Notes under the pieces: generated by a model | Told to the model about the DNA's origin: nothing | The model's input: the letters and a program-made list of their open reading frames with translations, nothing else | Databases searched by the model: none | Assembly: GCA_037447605.1 (NCBI GenBank) | Contig: CM074809.1 | Span: 548,689-612,688, forward strand | Length of the DNA: 64,000 bases | Reading direction: 5' to 3' | Source of the DNA: Zygnema circumcarinatum SAG 698-1b | Taxonomy: Eukaryota; Plantae; Zygnematophyceae | Program-made: the position numbers and the translations under genes | Shown here: in pieces, positions 39,801 through 52,831 of the stretch | Layout: every line of letters begins with the position of its first letter | Numbering within the stretch: position 1 is the first letter of the stretch

Positions 39801-42800
39801 ACACACAAGCAGAACAACAGGGTATGCTTTAAACATTTTTAAACATAATCTCAATGAAGTGATTCTCAATGAGCAGCACGGAATTCTATTTTATACTACA
39901 TACAGCCTGGTAATGCAAGCAGAAATGGTGACTTGAACCGTTCATTTGCCGGAGAAGCGACTTGTTCAAAAGGCATATAGCATATCCCTGATCGCTTTAA
40001 CCCGCATACCAGAGGTTCAAAGTAATTGCTATTTTCTCACCGTGTTCCACACCATGAGCTCCTGTGTGAGAGTTATGAACGCTGTGACGGGCTGTCGGCT
40101 GACAGCAGCTTTGAGGGCCAAAACATTGGACGCAGGAACCTGCTCATAGCTCAGCACATACACTGTCCGCTGTACGGACGCAGCCTGCTCAGCATCCGCA
40201 CAAGCTCAAAAAGTACATATCAGCACTCGCGGAGTCCCCGCCCCCAAAGTGACTTCAGGACAGACGCCTTCCATGCTCCAAACCCTTGAGATTGCGCAAA
40301 CCCTAAAACTCCTGAAGGCCACGATCTAACCTTCGACCGTGGCCAACGGAGAGGCTCGCATCAGCACGAGTGCACGCCACGACGAACCACCTCAATAAAG
40401 TCAGACATTGAAATTTGACACCTGACGAAGTCATGTTAAAAGTCAATGGACCCAATAAAGTCAACAAACACGACAGACGCATCCACAAAGGCCGCCACAT
40501 CTCAGCAAGTCACGTTCGCGTAAAGTCAAGTGTCTACGCCTACCCACCCGGCAGGCGGCCTCGGTGTTCGGTCCGTACGGTCCGTACGCCGTCGCCGTGG
40601 CGAGGCCGCCCGAGGCGGCCGCGAGCCAGTAGAGGACTCGCGCGGGCCACCCGCCGAGGCACGAACCGACCCCGGAGCAGTCCCGGACCTGCGCCTCCGC
40701 GAGCGCGACCGCCGCGGGGGGGGGCCCGCGCCACACGCCGTACGCGCCCTCCACCGCGGCCACCGCCGCGAACACCGCGCACGACCCTGCGGGATGCCGG
40801 GCAGGGGTTAGGGTTAAACGTGTGAGGGTGAAGGGTGTATGTTTGAGAGTTTAGGGTTAGGATGTGACGGTGGAGAGTGTAGAGTTTAGGGTTGAGGGTT
40901 GAGGATCGAGGGTTGAGGGTTTAGGCACCGCATGCGCCCTGGTCCTTGGCGGGGCCGAAGTACGGGGACCAGTCGACGGCGGGCGGGAGGGCGTCCGTCC
41001 AGCTCGCGTGCCGCGACAGCACGTTCAGGCGCGTCGTGCCGATATCGCTGCCTGCGGGCGGTGCCGCCAGCCCGGACGGGGCTGCACGCACAGGGCAGGG
41101 ACAGGGACGAGCGCTCAAGGGGCAGGGCAGGCGGTGCAAGCAACACTCCCGCCATGCTCACTCAAAGCCACGGGGACACTCACAGGCTAAGTTGTTGACA
41201 AGTGTACGGCGAAGAGGCAGGAAAAGCTGGTTGGCGTTGTCGGGAGTATCGCTAGACTTGCAATGCCACTGAATTAGATAATCGCCATTGCGGGACCCGG
41301 TAGCGTCGAGGCACAGGCCGGAGTTTACGTTCTGCCATTGAACGGAGAAATCCACAGAGCTGCTGTAGATGGGCATCCACAGCTGATTGTTACCGCCATT
41401 GCATGCTGCAACCCATCCGGCCACCCCATATAGACATCAAACACAGCGATTTGAGAATAATGCCAGCGTCTAAGACTAGTCAACAAGAATAAAAGAATCG
41501 TTATGAAACGCATCTGGACGATTCTTCCACTGCTCACGTGTTATCCTTTCCGTATCTTAAAGTTGTTTCAGGTCCTAGTGATCAACTCAAATATCCAGAT
41601 AGCGTAAACTCTGTATAGGACGAAGAGAGCTCAATTATGTCGTGTGTATTCATTTTAACCAGGCGGGAGCTCACTCCATATAAACAAGATTTCGCCAGCA
41701 TCTGTGCTCGACCATGGAACATCCAAACATGTTCCCCGCGTTTGCTGAAAAGAGTAAGCGCTTCCGACCTTGTTGAGAAACCACAGGGCTCCGACGTTAC
41801 CATCAAATCCGTTAGGATCTGCAATCGCAACAGAGCTTCTTTGTTCAGAAACAATGATTTATATGCGTCGAAAGCGAGCCAAGGAAATGCATGTAGAAGA
41901 AATCGCTTGCATGCTGCATGCTAAGGGGCGGAAAAAGTTGTCGCCACTTAAAGAGTGGTTCGAAAATATTGTGAAAGTTGCATTGGCAGAAACAGGTTAA
42001 GGATGTCTCAAGGGATAATCCCACTAAGCTGTGCGGCAATACGTACAGTCAGAAAACTGAACATTTGTTCCGATATCAGGACTGTTTCCCTCGGCAGACC
42101 ATGCGTTGAACGAATTCGAGGGCACGACGAGGAAGTTCCCTATTGAGGGATCGGTCCAGAGCTTCAGATTCACTGCAAGCAAAGCGACATGGAATTGATG
42201 TGTGTGCATGTGCACAGGAGCGAGTAAGGCAAAAAGCGGGCGAGGAGAGAAAAAGGGAGAGAGGGAGAAGGAAGGGGGAGAGGAGAAAAAGAGAGTTTGC
42301 GCACGGGAGAAAGTGGGGAAAGGAGGAAGAATTTAGTGAGCGAGAAAGCAAGGAGAACGAGAGACAAAAAAAAAGCCAAGTGCAACAGTGTGTCAAGTGA
42401 CTGTCATTTGAAACAACCAAAGTCATCGCAGTCTGCTCTTGAGGTGTGTATGTACTCAGGCCACAAAGAGTACCTGCTGAAGGCGACTGAGGTGGTGGAG
42501 GCGACGGAGGAGGTGGAGAGGGTAGATCTGCACCGTAGCGCACATCGCAACTTGTCACAAAGAAATATAGCAAGAATCGTCAACTTCCATTGCGCAAAAG
42601 TGTAATTCATGTGTGCGGATAGCCTCTTCCTGTGATTACAATAACCTTTTTACTCTCTCTCTTTTGAAGCAGAAAATCTTCAGTCGATTCCAACAATCAT
42701 GTGATCCCTCAAAGCATGAAGACGCCAATAGCACCTTCCTGCAGTCGCCAAAGCTCAATTTGCTAAAGAAATAGACTTCGACATTGCAGAGAGAAGGGAG

Positions 42801-44154
42801 GAGTGAGAAGCTCCCACCGCATCTTCCGAACGCTGTTTTACATCCAGACCCGCAATGGTCATTTGTGTAGCCGCACCAGTTATATTGAGAGCAGCATGAG
42901 TTACGGGGACAGAAGAGATTCACCGAGGGTCCGCAAGTACCTGAATTGGCAGACTTATGAAACATCAGCAACTCTGACAAGGTGTAAATTTTACGGTTTC
43001 AAAGGTCGGCTGAGACCAAAGCCTCCCCTGACTACTGCGAAGTATCCATCCACATATGCCTATGCAAGAAGATAGCTGATGGAATGTGAGACGGAAACGT
43101 ATCTCAAGGAAGTGAACTTCTCAACAGACGACTGCAAGAAGTTGCGGCTGCCTGACTGTGCAGCATCGCAGGAAAGCCGTGCCAAAGATTGTGATGGGCA
43201 TGCCTCTTGGGAACCCTAAAATTTTCTTCTTCGATTGAACAAACTTAGGCATAGCTATGCATGCACATCGACCCGCATAGGTCCTGAGTATAGCTTGAGA
43301 TGCATCAAATGTGTTCAGAACGCTGCAACACTCCGGCAAATTCACAGAACGTAAACGTCGGATGGTAAGCAGACGCTCAACACGAGCCATTGTCATTATT
43401 ATTTAGTCCTTATTATTAACTAATAGCTCGAAAAGTTGATTGGAAAGGTAATTACCATCTGTGGAGACTGCAGAGGTTTGCGGAACGCCGACGAAAAAAA
43501 GAACAACATAGTGGAAGATTTGTCAGTGTCTCGACTCCAATAGCAAGTGAATCGTGCGAAGGATTCATCCCGTTCATGCTTAATCTAATCAACTTCAACG
43601 GTCTGAAATGGGTTGTAGTACTTTTACGTCGCGCCGATACATGATTTGACAAGAATACCATGATTAACCGAACACCGAACGACATTCAATTTGTCATTTT
43701 GGAGTACAGACCCTTATTTTGTAAACGCTTCTATGCGAAGACCCATCTGTCCTTTAGTCCTGCGAGCACTGCTCTCAGCTCACTTCACACATGTGCAGCC
43801 TTCGTGGTTATTGTAAAGCAGAGGGGTCACTATACAAAACTTGCGATGGCACAGCCGTCGACCAAGTACCAAAAAGCAAAAGGACCTTCACCCTCGCCTG
43901 CATGCAGGACAAGACAGGACAGGACAGAACAGGGCAGGATAGGACAGAACAGGACAGGACAGGACAGAACAGGACAGAACAGGACAGCCTTTGGACGCGG
44001 TCGGTTGGTTGGTTGCCCTCGGCTCACTCACTGCATCGTCCGTACGCGGTCTGGCATCCTGCCAAGCAGTACTCGTCCGTGTAGCCGCACCAGTTGTACT
44101 GAGAGCAGCACGAAGTGTCGGGGCATCGCCGCTGCGCCGCGGACCCGCAACTGC
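36855..44154 (-). CDS. Modular protein copy 1: hevein x2 - Pro linker - ricin-B lectin - papain-family C1A protease - EGF x2 - LysM x4; 17 visible exons, first (signal) exon not located
   Basis: Hevein CCSQYNWCGYT (44032-44154 and ~42810-42940). Ricin NVNSGLCLDA and NNQLW. Protease LPPAVDW, DQGACGSC, SHALALVGYG, WIVRNSFG. EGF NPCG.G.C...Y.C.C. LysM YTVKAGDYCYIIA, DDSCWAIE...LVKLNPGL, FLEINRGINC. All checked junctions are GT-AG and phase-compatible. Confidence 0.85.
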
Positions 44155-44227
44155 CTGAAAGAAAACGAGCGACACAGCAACACGCAAATACGACACGCAC
44201 GCAAAAGAAAACAAACANNNNNNNNNN

Positions 44228-44400
44228 CCACGAAGGACTGGTCACAAAGGACCGAAACACAATAAAACGAAGCTAGGAGCGGAAAACTACGCCTAGGCAC
44301 AACAACGCAGCCCTAGAAGCAGCCGCGAAGGTCACCGATGTGAGGCACGTCGCGAGGAGGGAGCGGCGGAAGTCCACCAGTGAGTTTTCCGTTCTTAAGC
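44228..44400 (-). mobile_element. Dispersed repeat (probable retroelement 3' end) with a conserved ORF terminus
   Basis: Homologous segments at 8570-9330 (split by the solo LTR), ~35300-35400, ~36020-36170 (inverted) and 52530-52790. Confidence 0.55.
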
Positions 44401-46516
44401 CTTTTTAAAATCTGCCCGGCCGGGAAGGGCTGTTTTGATCCAAGAAAGGGGTGAATAACATTACCCTATTTTGAGGACCTTGTCCCCTCCCAAGATTAAG
44501 GCTATTGCCTTCAACTGGATCTCCACTTGCAGTCCAGTTTTGCTACTCAGGGAGGACTGAAGGTGACAAGTAAGTTGAGTCAGAGAGAAGGAGATCGACT
44601 TCGTTAAAAAAATCTACGACAGCTGTAATGAGGGCAGATGTGAAAATCTGTACATGTCGCGTTACAAGGAAAATTTTAACATATATGAATACAAAATAGT
44701 ACAGTACAACCACACTGCGCTTGATTTGAAAAGCCTACAGAGATTCTTATAAAGAATGGATTGCATTTTTCAAGCCTCCTCTGCTTCATACATCCAACAT
44801 CCATTAAAGACTAGAAACGAACAGGAAATATTGCTATCAATACCAGAACAGGTGACACCTACACTGATACTCATGCTGCCTCTGCAAAATCCTGAGATTG
44901 ATGCCTTATGATATTGACAATGGCACTACATCTAATACTGGCACTAACATCCACGCTGAACTAAAACCTGTCGGCGGTCTCAAGAGGCAGAGACCGGAAG
45001 CTCACAACCTACCTTCCCTACGACTACCCTCACACTACATTAACTTCTTCTCTGCACGGAAGCATTACACAGCTCGACAGTCAGTATTACGCTTTCATTG
45101 AGTCATCATGACATGCATAGAAACCATCGATGGCTTGGAAACCCTCAACTCCCGAAAGGCCGTGGTCCAAGGTCTTGCATGTCGATGCGTATTTAATGTG
45201 ATGCAAGTAGACAGTGAACTTTACCTGTACAGAAAAGGACCAGCCTCTTGAGACCCAATACTGGCTTATCTATAATAGAACCGTTTGCTCCCTGCCAAAA
45301 TGGAGTACAGCCTGAGAGAGTTTGTTAGAAGAAGGGGAGACAATGCCCCAGGAGTCATTTCTACACTGCATCGATCCTCAATACAAAACAGAGGGAGGGA
45401 GAGGGGGGGGGAGGGGAAGGGGGAGGGTGGGGGGAGGGCGAGCCTAGCCTTCCTTTCCAAAGCAATGGAGACCGAACAAGGACGGTAAAGCAAAAGGACA
45501 CAAGCAACGCGACGACACGCTACAAAGGGCTAAGAAGGAAGAATAGAGAAACGGGGGCCAGGGAGGGAAGAGGAAGGGAGGGAGGGAGAGAGGGAGGGAG
45601 GAGGGGCAATGGACGGGCGAAGGGAGGTCGAGTAGAAGCGGGGGATTGGGAGCCGGGGAGGGCGAACGGATAGAAGAAAGTCACGGGGGACGAGCAGAGA
45701 GGTAAGGAAGGGAGAGGGAACAAGAGAGGAAGCCGGAAGAAAATGGTAAAATATGAGTAAACTTCAAAAAAAATATCAAGAAATGGTGGAAAAGGTTGGA
45801 GGAGGGAAGGGGAAGAGGGGTGCGGACACAGCGGAGACCGAAAGCCCCCAGAGAAGAGCCGATAGAAAAGGAAAGAATCGACGCAAAACCGCTGCGCACC
45901 CTCAACCAAGACACCTTCATTACGACCCTTACAATGAATGTTGCAACCATGCATGAGAGCATGGAAGCACCATGCGGCGAAAACGCATGAATAAAATAAT
46001 CGGAAAATAGGTGTACTGAGCATAATTCATATTTTCCCCATTTAAATTTTTTGCGACTAACTTGACCAATTCAAATTGACCTCCTCGACCACTGGCTATG
46101 ACTAATGCATGCGTTTTATACACAAAGTACGAATATTACTCAATCCTTGGAATTTCACGCGTAATAAACGAAAAAAAGAGTAACGGTGCTTCTATGCATG
46201 AGAGTCTGATGAATTCAGAAGATCAACTTCATCTTGGTTAAGAAATATTTTTTTCCTTTCTTTGGTAATATTTAGTTGTTACTTCTATAAGTGACAGTTA
46301 CTCCCATACTCATGAACACATCGTGCACAGTTGCATTTGAATAAATCTGTGATAAAATTCGCTACTCAGAGACATACATGAAAAAATAAATATCACACAA
46401 ACATCTTGCCCCTTGAGTCCCACCCAATTTTCTCTCTTTAATCCCCAAAGCCCAAACCTCCCCAATCATAGAGAACGGGTCTCTCTCTAGAGGATTGGTC
46501 AGTCGCGCAGTAGTAT

Positions 46517-49500
46517 TTAGCCGACGCAGTTTGCCACCCTCGCATTGTTATAAAAGCACCCCGCCGGCCGCTTCACGCAGAGAACGGTGCCCGTGGGCCA
46601 TCCCGACCCGAGGCACAGGCTCGTGGAAGGGCCCATGCACTGCTGCCACGTGGCCTGAGATGTCGACCCGCAAAATCGCTGAATCACACCTCGACACGTG
46701 TCTGACTTCTGCCACTTGTAATAGGGTGTGCATGCGGCAGGAGGCACCACCTGGAAGCCGGTGCAGACCTGCCCTCCCCAGCAGCACACACAAACGAGCC
46801 CGTGATTTCCTTCCCCATCCTGTACCCTTTTGCTGCATAATGTCAGGGAAGAGAAGCAGGAGCCATGTGATTGGGTGCTTTGTGCATCCCATGCATGATC
46901 CGTGTACGCAATCATGCATGCATATGCATGGGATGTGCGTGCCGTACCGACTGCCCCACGTAGAGGTTCCCGCAGTTGATGCCGCGGTTGATTTCGAAGA
47001 AGTCGAAGCGCGCCAAGGAGCGCGTCCTCCCGAGGATGGAGGCACAGGTCTTGCTGCCGCGGTCGCTCTCGAGGACCACATCGGCGCTCGTGCACACCTT
47101 CGTGTTGTCGGGGGACCCCAACACCAGGCACACCTGCAGGGGGGGGACTCGCCCTCGCTCGTTCAAGGGAGGAGCGGGGAGGAAAGGGGGAGGNNNNNNN
47201 NNNGGGAGGGGAGATGAGGGGAGATGAGGCGGAGTCAGGGCTTGTGGTATTAGCGCTTTTGGGCGTGGTCATAGCGTCCTACTGCACCTGCTGGCCAGGC
47301 TGAATGCCGATGGGAGTGCCATCAGGCGCTCTGGTGACGTCACATACGAGTCCTGGATTCAGCTTCACGAGGGTGCCTATAGCGAGGCCGAAAGCGGTTT
47401 CAATCGCCCAGCACGAGTCGTCCTGCATTCACACATTTGACCTCTGTCACTTAGAGTAGGTAAAGAACATCGTGAACAGCAAGAACAAGATAAAGGAGTG
47501 ATTTGCATTCTTTATCAAAATGGAGGTGGGGTCTCCGACTGTTAAATGCGTCTGGTTGGACCGGTTTGGCTGTAGAATTATGCTTCCGTTCGTTCTATTT
47601 GAATGAAAGAAAGCATTGGGAACATTTTCGAAATGAGGCCGACCTGCTGAATGCTGTAGACAACCTTGCAATTTGTTGCTGCTTTATTTTGAACGTTTAG
47701 GACATCACCAATCAACAACGGATTGCAGAGATCCTGCACATTTACATGATAGCGAACACGAGAAGATAAAACGAATCAATGAGGTTGAATAAAAGGTTGT
47801 GAAGGACATCGATTGAAGAGAGTGAGCATAAGCAAAAATCACTCTAATGAAGTTTCCTTTCACGGCAGCAGCCACACGTACCCGATTGGCCCTCCTGTTT
47901 TGATTTTTCAGTCGCGTTATCGTTAATCCGTATGCGTAAGCGATAATATAGCAATTATCACCCGCATTGACGGTGTACGTCTGCGGAAATTGCGAGCTCG
48001 CTTGCACCGCTGCACATCAGAAGCATTCAATATTTCAACATAGCACGCGCTTCAATAGAACCACAGCTGAAAGTAGCGAATGAGGTGTTCCCAAATTCCC
48101 TATTTCCAGATAGAACCGAGAACTACATTGTCGTTCATGTGCGATGAGTCCAAAGTCCAAACAACGCGAACACACACACACACACATTGGAGCTGTGTGC
48201 AGTGCAAGTACTTACGCGGAACACAGAGCGGCCTGCCGTCACTGTTGACCGCGCTGACATATCCGACAAAGCAGACGCAATGGTAGTAGCCGTTGTTCTC
48301 ATTCACGCAGTTGCCCGCCCCGCACGGGTTCAAGCTTGTGGCGCTACACACGTCCACTGCCACAAGCGCGATAGCGCAACAACGGACATTCAATAAAGGC
48401 ACATGGAAGTTGAATCGGACGGCTTGCCTTTAAATAGGGTTGAGCCTAGTGAGCACTGAAGGTTTGAAGAAAGTTATACACAATGCAAAGTCTGTAATGA
48501 CTATCGGAACAATCGAAAAACGAAAGCAAAGCGATTGATTCAATGAAATGAGAGCAACTTACCGAGGGCGCAAGTCTGCGTGTTGTCGGTATTCTGAGCA
48601 GCGACATACTTGCTTGGGCATTGGCACGTGTAGGAACTCCCAGAGTTTATGCAGGTGCCTCTCCCAAAAGGGTTGATTCTCACATTGCAGGGGTTGCCGT
48701 CAGGCGCTGCACATGCAGGGAGAGGGGCCTTGAGATAAGCCCACGCGACTATCGGGACAACAACGGGACAGGAACACATCGTTCAACTTTTTGTCATTAA
48801 AGTCTGTTTGTAACAACTGGTTTTCGTTGTCCGAAGGATTGTAACTTGGCATACTCTATAGTTGTGTCGCTACGCAGCATCCAAACAGTGTACACAGAGG
48901 CTGTACCTCCTTGATAGCTTCTATATTCAATATAAACAATAACATTAACTTTGGAGAACGTGCGCGAGAAACTTACGAGAGATGACTGGGTAGAGGGCCG
49001 GCAGGGCGGTGACCCCGCAGATTCCCTGCTTGATGCGCGCGTACCCGCTGCGGCCCCACGCGGGGCCGAACGAGTTCCGTACGATCCAATACGCGACGCC
49101 GCTCTCGCTGCCGTACCCGACGAGGGCGAGGGCGTGGCTCAGCTGCGAGTCGTCCTCGCAGGCTCCCTCTGAATCGGTGAATATGTCCCACTTCACAGCG
49201 TTCACACACACACACAAGCAGACCAACAGGGTATGCTTTAAACATTTTTAAGCATAATCTCAATGAAGTGATTCTCAATGAGCAGCACGGAATTCTATTT
49301 TATACTACATACAGCCTGGTAATGCAAGCAGAAATGGTGACTTGAACCGTTCATTTGCCGGAGAAGCGACTTGTTCAAAAGGCATATAGCATATCCCTGA
49401 TCGCTTTAACCCGCATACCAGAGGTTCAAAGTAATTGCTATTTTCTCACCGTGTTCCACACCATGAGCTCCTGTGTGAGAGTTATGAACGCTGTGACGGG

Positions 49501-52500
49501 CTGTCGGCTGACAGCAGCTTTGAGGGCCAAAACATTGGACGCAGGAACCTGCTCATAGCTCAGCACATACACTGTCCGCTGTACGGACGCAGCCTGCTCA
49601 GCATCCGCACAAGCTCAAAAAGTACATATCAGCACTCGCGGAGTCCCCGCCCCCAAAGTGACTTCAGGACCGAAGCCTCCCTTCCATACTCTAAACCCTA
49701 GAGATTGCGCAAATCCTAAAAGTCCTGAAGCACGTCATCAAACTGTCAGCGTACGGATAGCCGTACAGCTGAGAGTTGTGGGATTTGGACGAAGTATACG
49801 AACTGTACGGATGTACGGACAATAGTACTGAACGCTTATTGTATGGCGGGTGGTGCGGTATACCACCGGTTGGCTAGGCCGAAGGGGCAGCCAATCGGGG
49901 GCCGTCACTTGGCAATTAGGGTTACAGGAATTGCAAGGAGGCAGCGCAGGAATGGCGAGCTCCCAGGCTCATTGGGCGGAGGACATGGCCTGCCGGGCAG
50001 CCAGCTAGCACAATACGGTGGCCAGGGCGGGAGCCAGGGCGGGATCCAGGGCGGGAGCCAGGGCGGGCGTCGAAGCGAGCAAGGCGCGGCAGACATGGAG
50101 GCTTATTGGAGCGGTGGGAGTGCGGCCGAATGAGGAGCTGCGGCTCCCTTCAGTGCTTAGGCATTTATAGTGCTTAGTGCTTAGCTTAGAATTACTCTCT
50201 GTAGTTTACAGTGTCTGACAGGCCTTGTGTAGGCTGTTTAGAGACTGTGTGTTGAACCGAGAGAAGGGGGGGGGTGTTTAAAGAGTAGTGCTAGGCTTAG
50301 TGCTGAATATACTCTATGTAATCATCCTGCCTTTTATTTAATGGAGTTTTAGGCCTGAGAGCTTTCTCCATATTTTTCAGCGTGTTTCCCTTGTGTGTTC
50401 TCTCAGTCTGTAATGTCTTCCGCTGTGAGTGAGGGCACATCCGAAGGGGGAACTAACTCTGACACAAACAGGCTCGCATCAGCACGAGTGCACGCGACGA
50501 CGAAATACCCCGGTAACGTTAAACCTTGAAATATGGCATCTGATCAAGTCATGTACAAAGTCACTGGACTCCATAAAGTCAATAAGACGACAGAGGGTGG
50601 GTTTCCATCAGCCCGTTATTCCGACGTGGCGTCGTAATGGAGGACGACCCATGGGTTCCATGAGGCCGTTTCCGCCAACGTGGCGCCGACGTGGCTGCCA
50701 CGTGGTAACGAGGCACCGTTCCACAGGATGCTGCTCCGGAGGTGGTGTAACGCCATTACGACCATTCGCGTGCCGCCGCGTGGCTACCAAAGATCCGCAA
50801 GCGTGCGACTGCCACGCTGGCCAACGGCGTTCTGATGGAACTCGTCGTTCCATCTGAAAACGGCATCCTACGTGGACCGTAACGAGCTCGTTACGAAACG
50901 GGCTGATGGAAACCCACCCAGAGTCGTATCCGCAAGGTCATCTCGAGCAGGCCGCCATATCATCATCTCATCAAAGTGACGTCCGGTAAAGTCACACGTG
51001 TGCGCGTGCCCACCCACCCGGCAGGCAGCCTCGGTGTACGGCCCGTACGTTCCGTACGCCGGCGCCGTGGCGAGGCCCTCCGAGGCCGCCGCGAGCCAGT
51101 CGAGGACGCGCGCGGGCCACCCGCCGAGGCACGAACCGGTCCCGGAGCAGTCTCGGACCTGCTCTTAAACAAGACTGTGAAATTAGCATTTGACTTTCAT
51201 GTTGGAATTTATGACTTTCTTGAAGTTGGGCGAAGAGAAGTAGGGTAAAGAAACTGCATTTGTCTCACGATGGCGATGCCATCAAATTTACNNNNNNNNN
51301 NGCCAGGGCGGGATCCAGGGCGGGAGCCAGGGCGGGCGTCGAAGCGAGCAAGGCGCGGCAGACATGGAGGCTTATTGGAGCGGTGGGAGTGCGGCCGAAT
51401 GAGGAGCTGCGGCTCCCTTCAGTGCTTAGGCATTTATAGTGCTTAGTGCTTAGCTTAGAATTACTCTCTGTAGTTTACAGTGTCTGACAGGCCTTGTGTA
51501 GGCTGTTTAGAGACTGTGTGTTGAACCGAGAGAAGGGGGGGGGTGTTTAAAGAGTAGTGCTAGGCTTAGTGCTGAATATACTCTATGTAATCATCCTGCC
51601 TTTTATTTAATGGAGTTTTAGGCCTGAGAGCTTTCTCCATATTTTTCAGCGTGTTTCCCTTGTGTGTTCTCTCAGTCTGTAATGTCTTCCGCTGTGAGTG
51701 AGGGCACATCCGAAGGGGGAACTAACTCTGACACAAACAGGCTCGCATCAGCACGAGTGCACGCGACGACGAAATACCCCGGTAACGTTAAACCTTGAAA
51801 TATGGCATCTGATCAAGTCATGTACAAAGTCACTGGACTCCATAAAGTCAATAAGACGACAGAGGGTGGGTTTCCATCAGCCCGTTATTCCGACGTGGCG
51901 TCGTAATGGAGGACGACCCATGGGTTCCATGAGGCCGTTTCCGCCAACGTGGCGCCGACGTGGCTGCCACGTGGTAACGAGGCACCGTTCCACAGGATGC
52001 TGCTCCGGAGGTGGTGTAACGCCATTACGACCATTCGCGTGCCGCCGCGTGGCTACCAAAGATCCGCAAGCGTGCGACTGCCACGCTGGCCAACGGCGTT
52101 CTGATGGAACTCGTCGTTCCATCTGAAAACGGCATCCTACGTGGACCGTAACGAGCTCGTTACGAAACGGGCTGATGGAAACCCACCCAGAGTCGTATCC
52201 GCAAGGTCATCTCGAGCAGGCCGCCATATCATCATCTCATCAAAGTGACGTCCGGTAAAGTCACACGTGTGCGCGTGCCCACCCACCCGGCAGGCAGCCT
52301 CGGTGTACGGCCCGTACGTTCCGTACGCCGGCGCCGTGGCGAGGCCCTCCGAGGCCGCCGCGAGCCAGTCGAGGACGCGCGCGGGCCACCCGCCGAGGCA
52401 CGAACCGGTCCCGGAGCAGTCTCGGACCTGCTCTTAAACAAGACTGTGAAATTAGCATTTGACTTTCATGTTGGAATTTATGACTTTCTTGAAGTTGGGC

Positions 52501-52786
52501 GAAGAGAAGTAGGGTAAAGAAACTGCATTTGTCTCACGATGGCGATGCCATCAAATTTACATGGAAAAAAAGAACGTGGGGAACTACAAAGAACCTGTCA
52601 CAAAAGACCTTAGGACTCATTGACAGAAAAAAAAGCAAGCTATGGGGTAATATCTACTTATAGGCTCAACCATGCTCCTCTAGAAACAGCCTCGAAGGTC
52701 GCCGATGTGGGGCACATTACGCAGAGGGAGAGGGGGGAGAGCACCGGACAGTCGCCAACAACCGTGGCACGTCGACTGAGAAGAGG

Positions 52787-52831
<45 letters not shown>

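Noticed and set aside
40805-40925. Telomere-like TTAGGG/TTTAGGG tracts (also 11836, 53890, 61.6-62.1 kb)
   Set aside because: Short, degenerate and intronic or intergenic; not true telomere arrays.
50262-50280. Apparent polypurine tract followed by TG (LTR start)
   Set aside because: It lies inside the 721-bp solo LTR, which is defined by its own termini and TSD.
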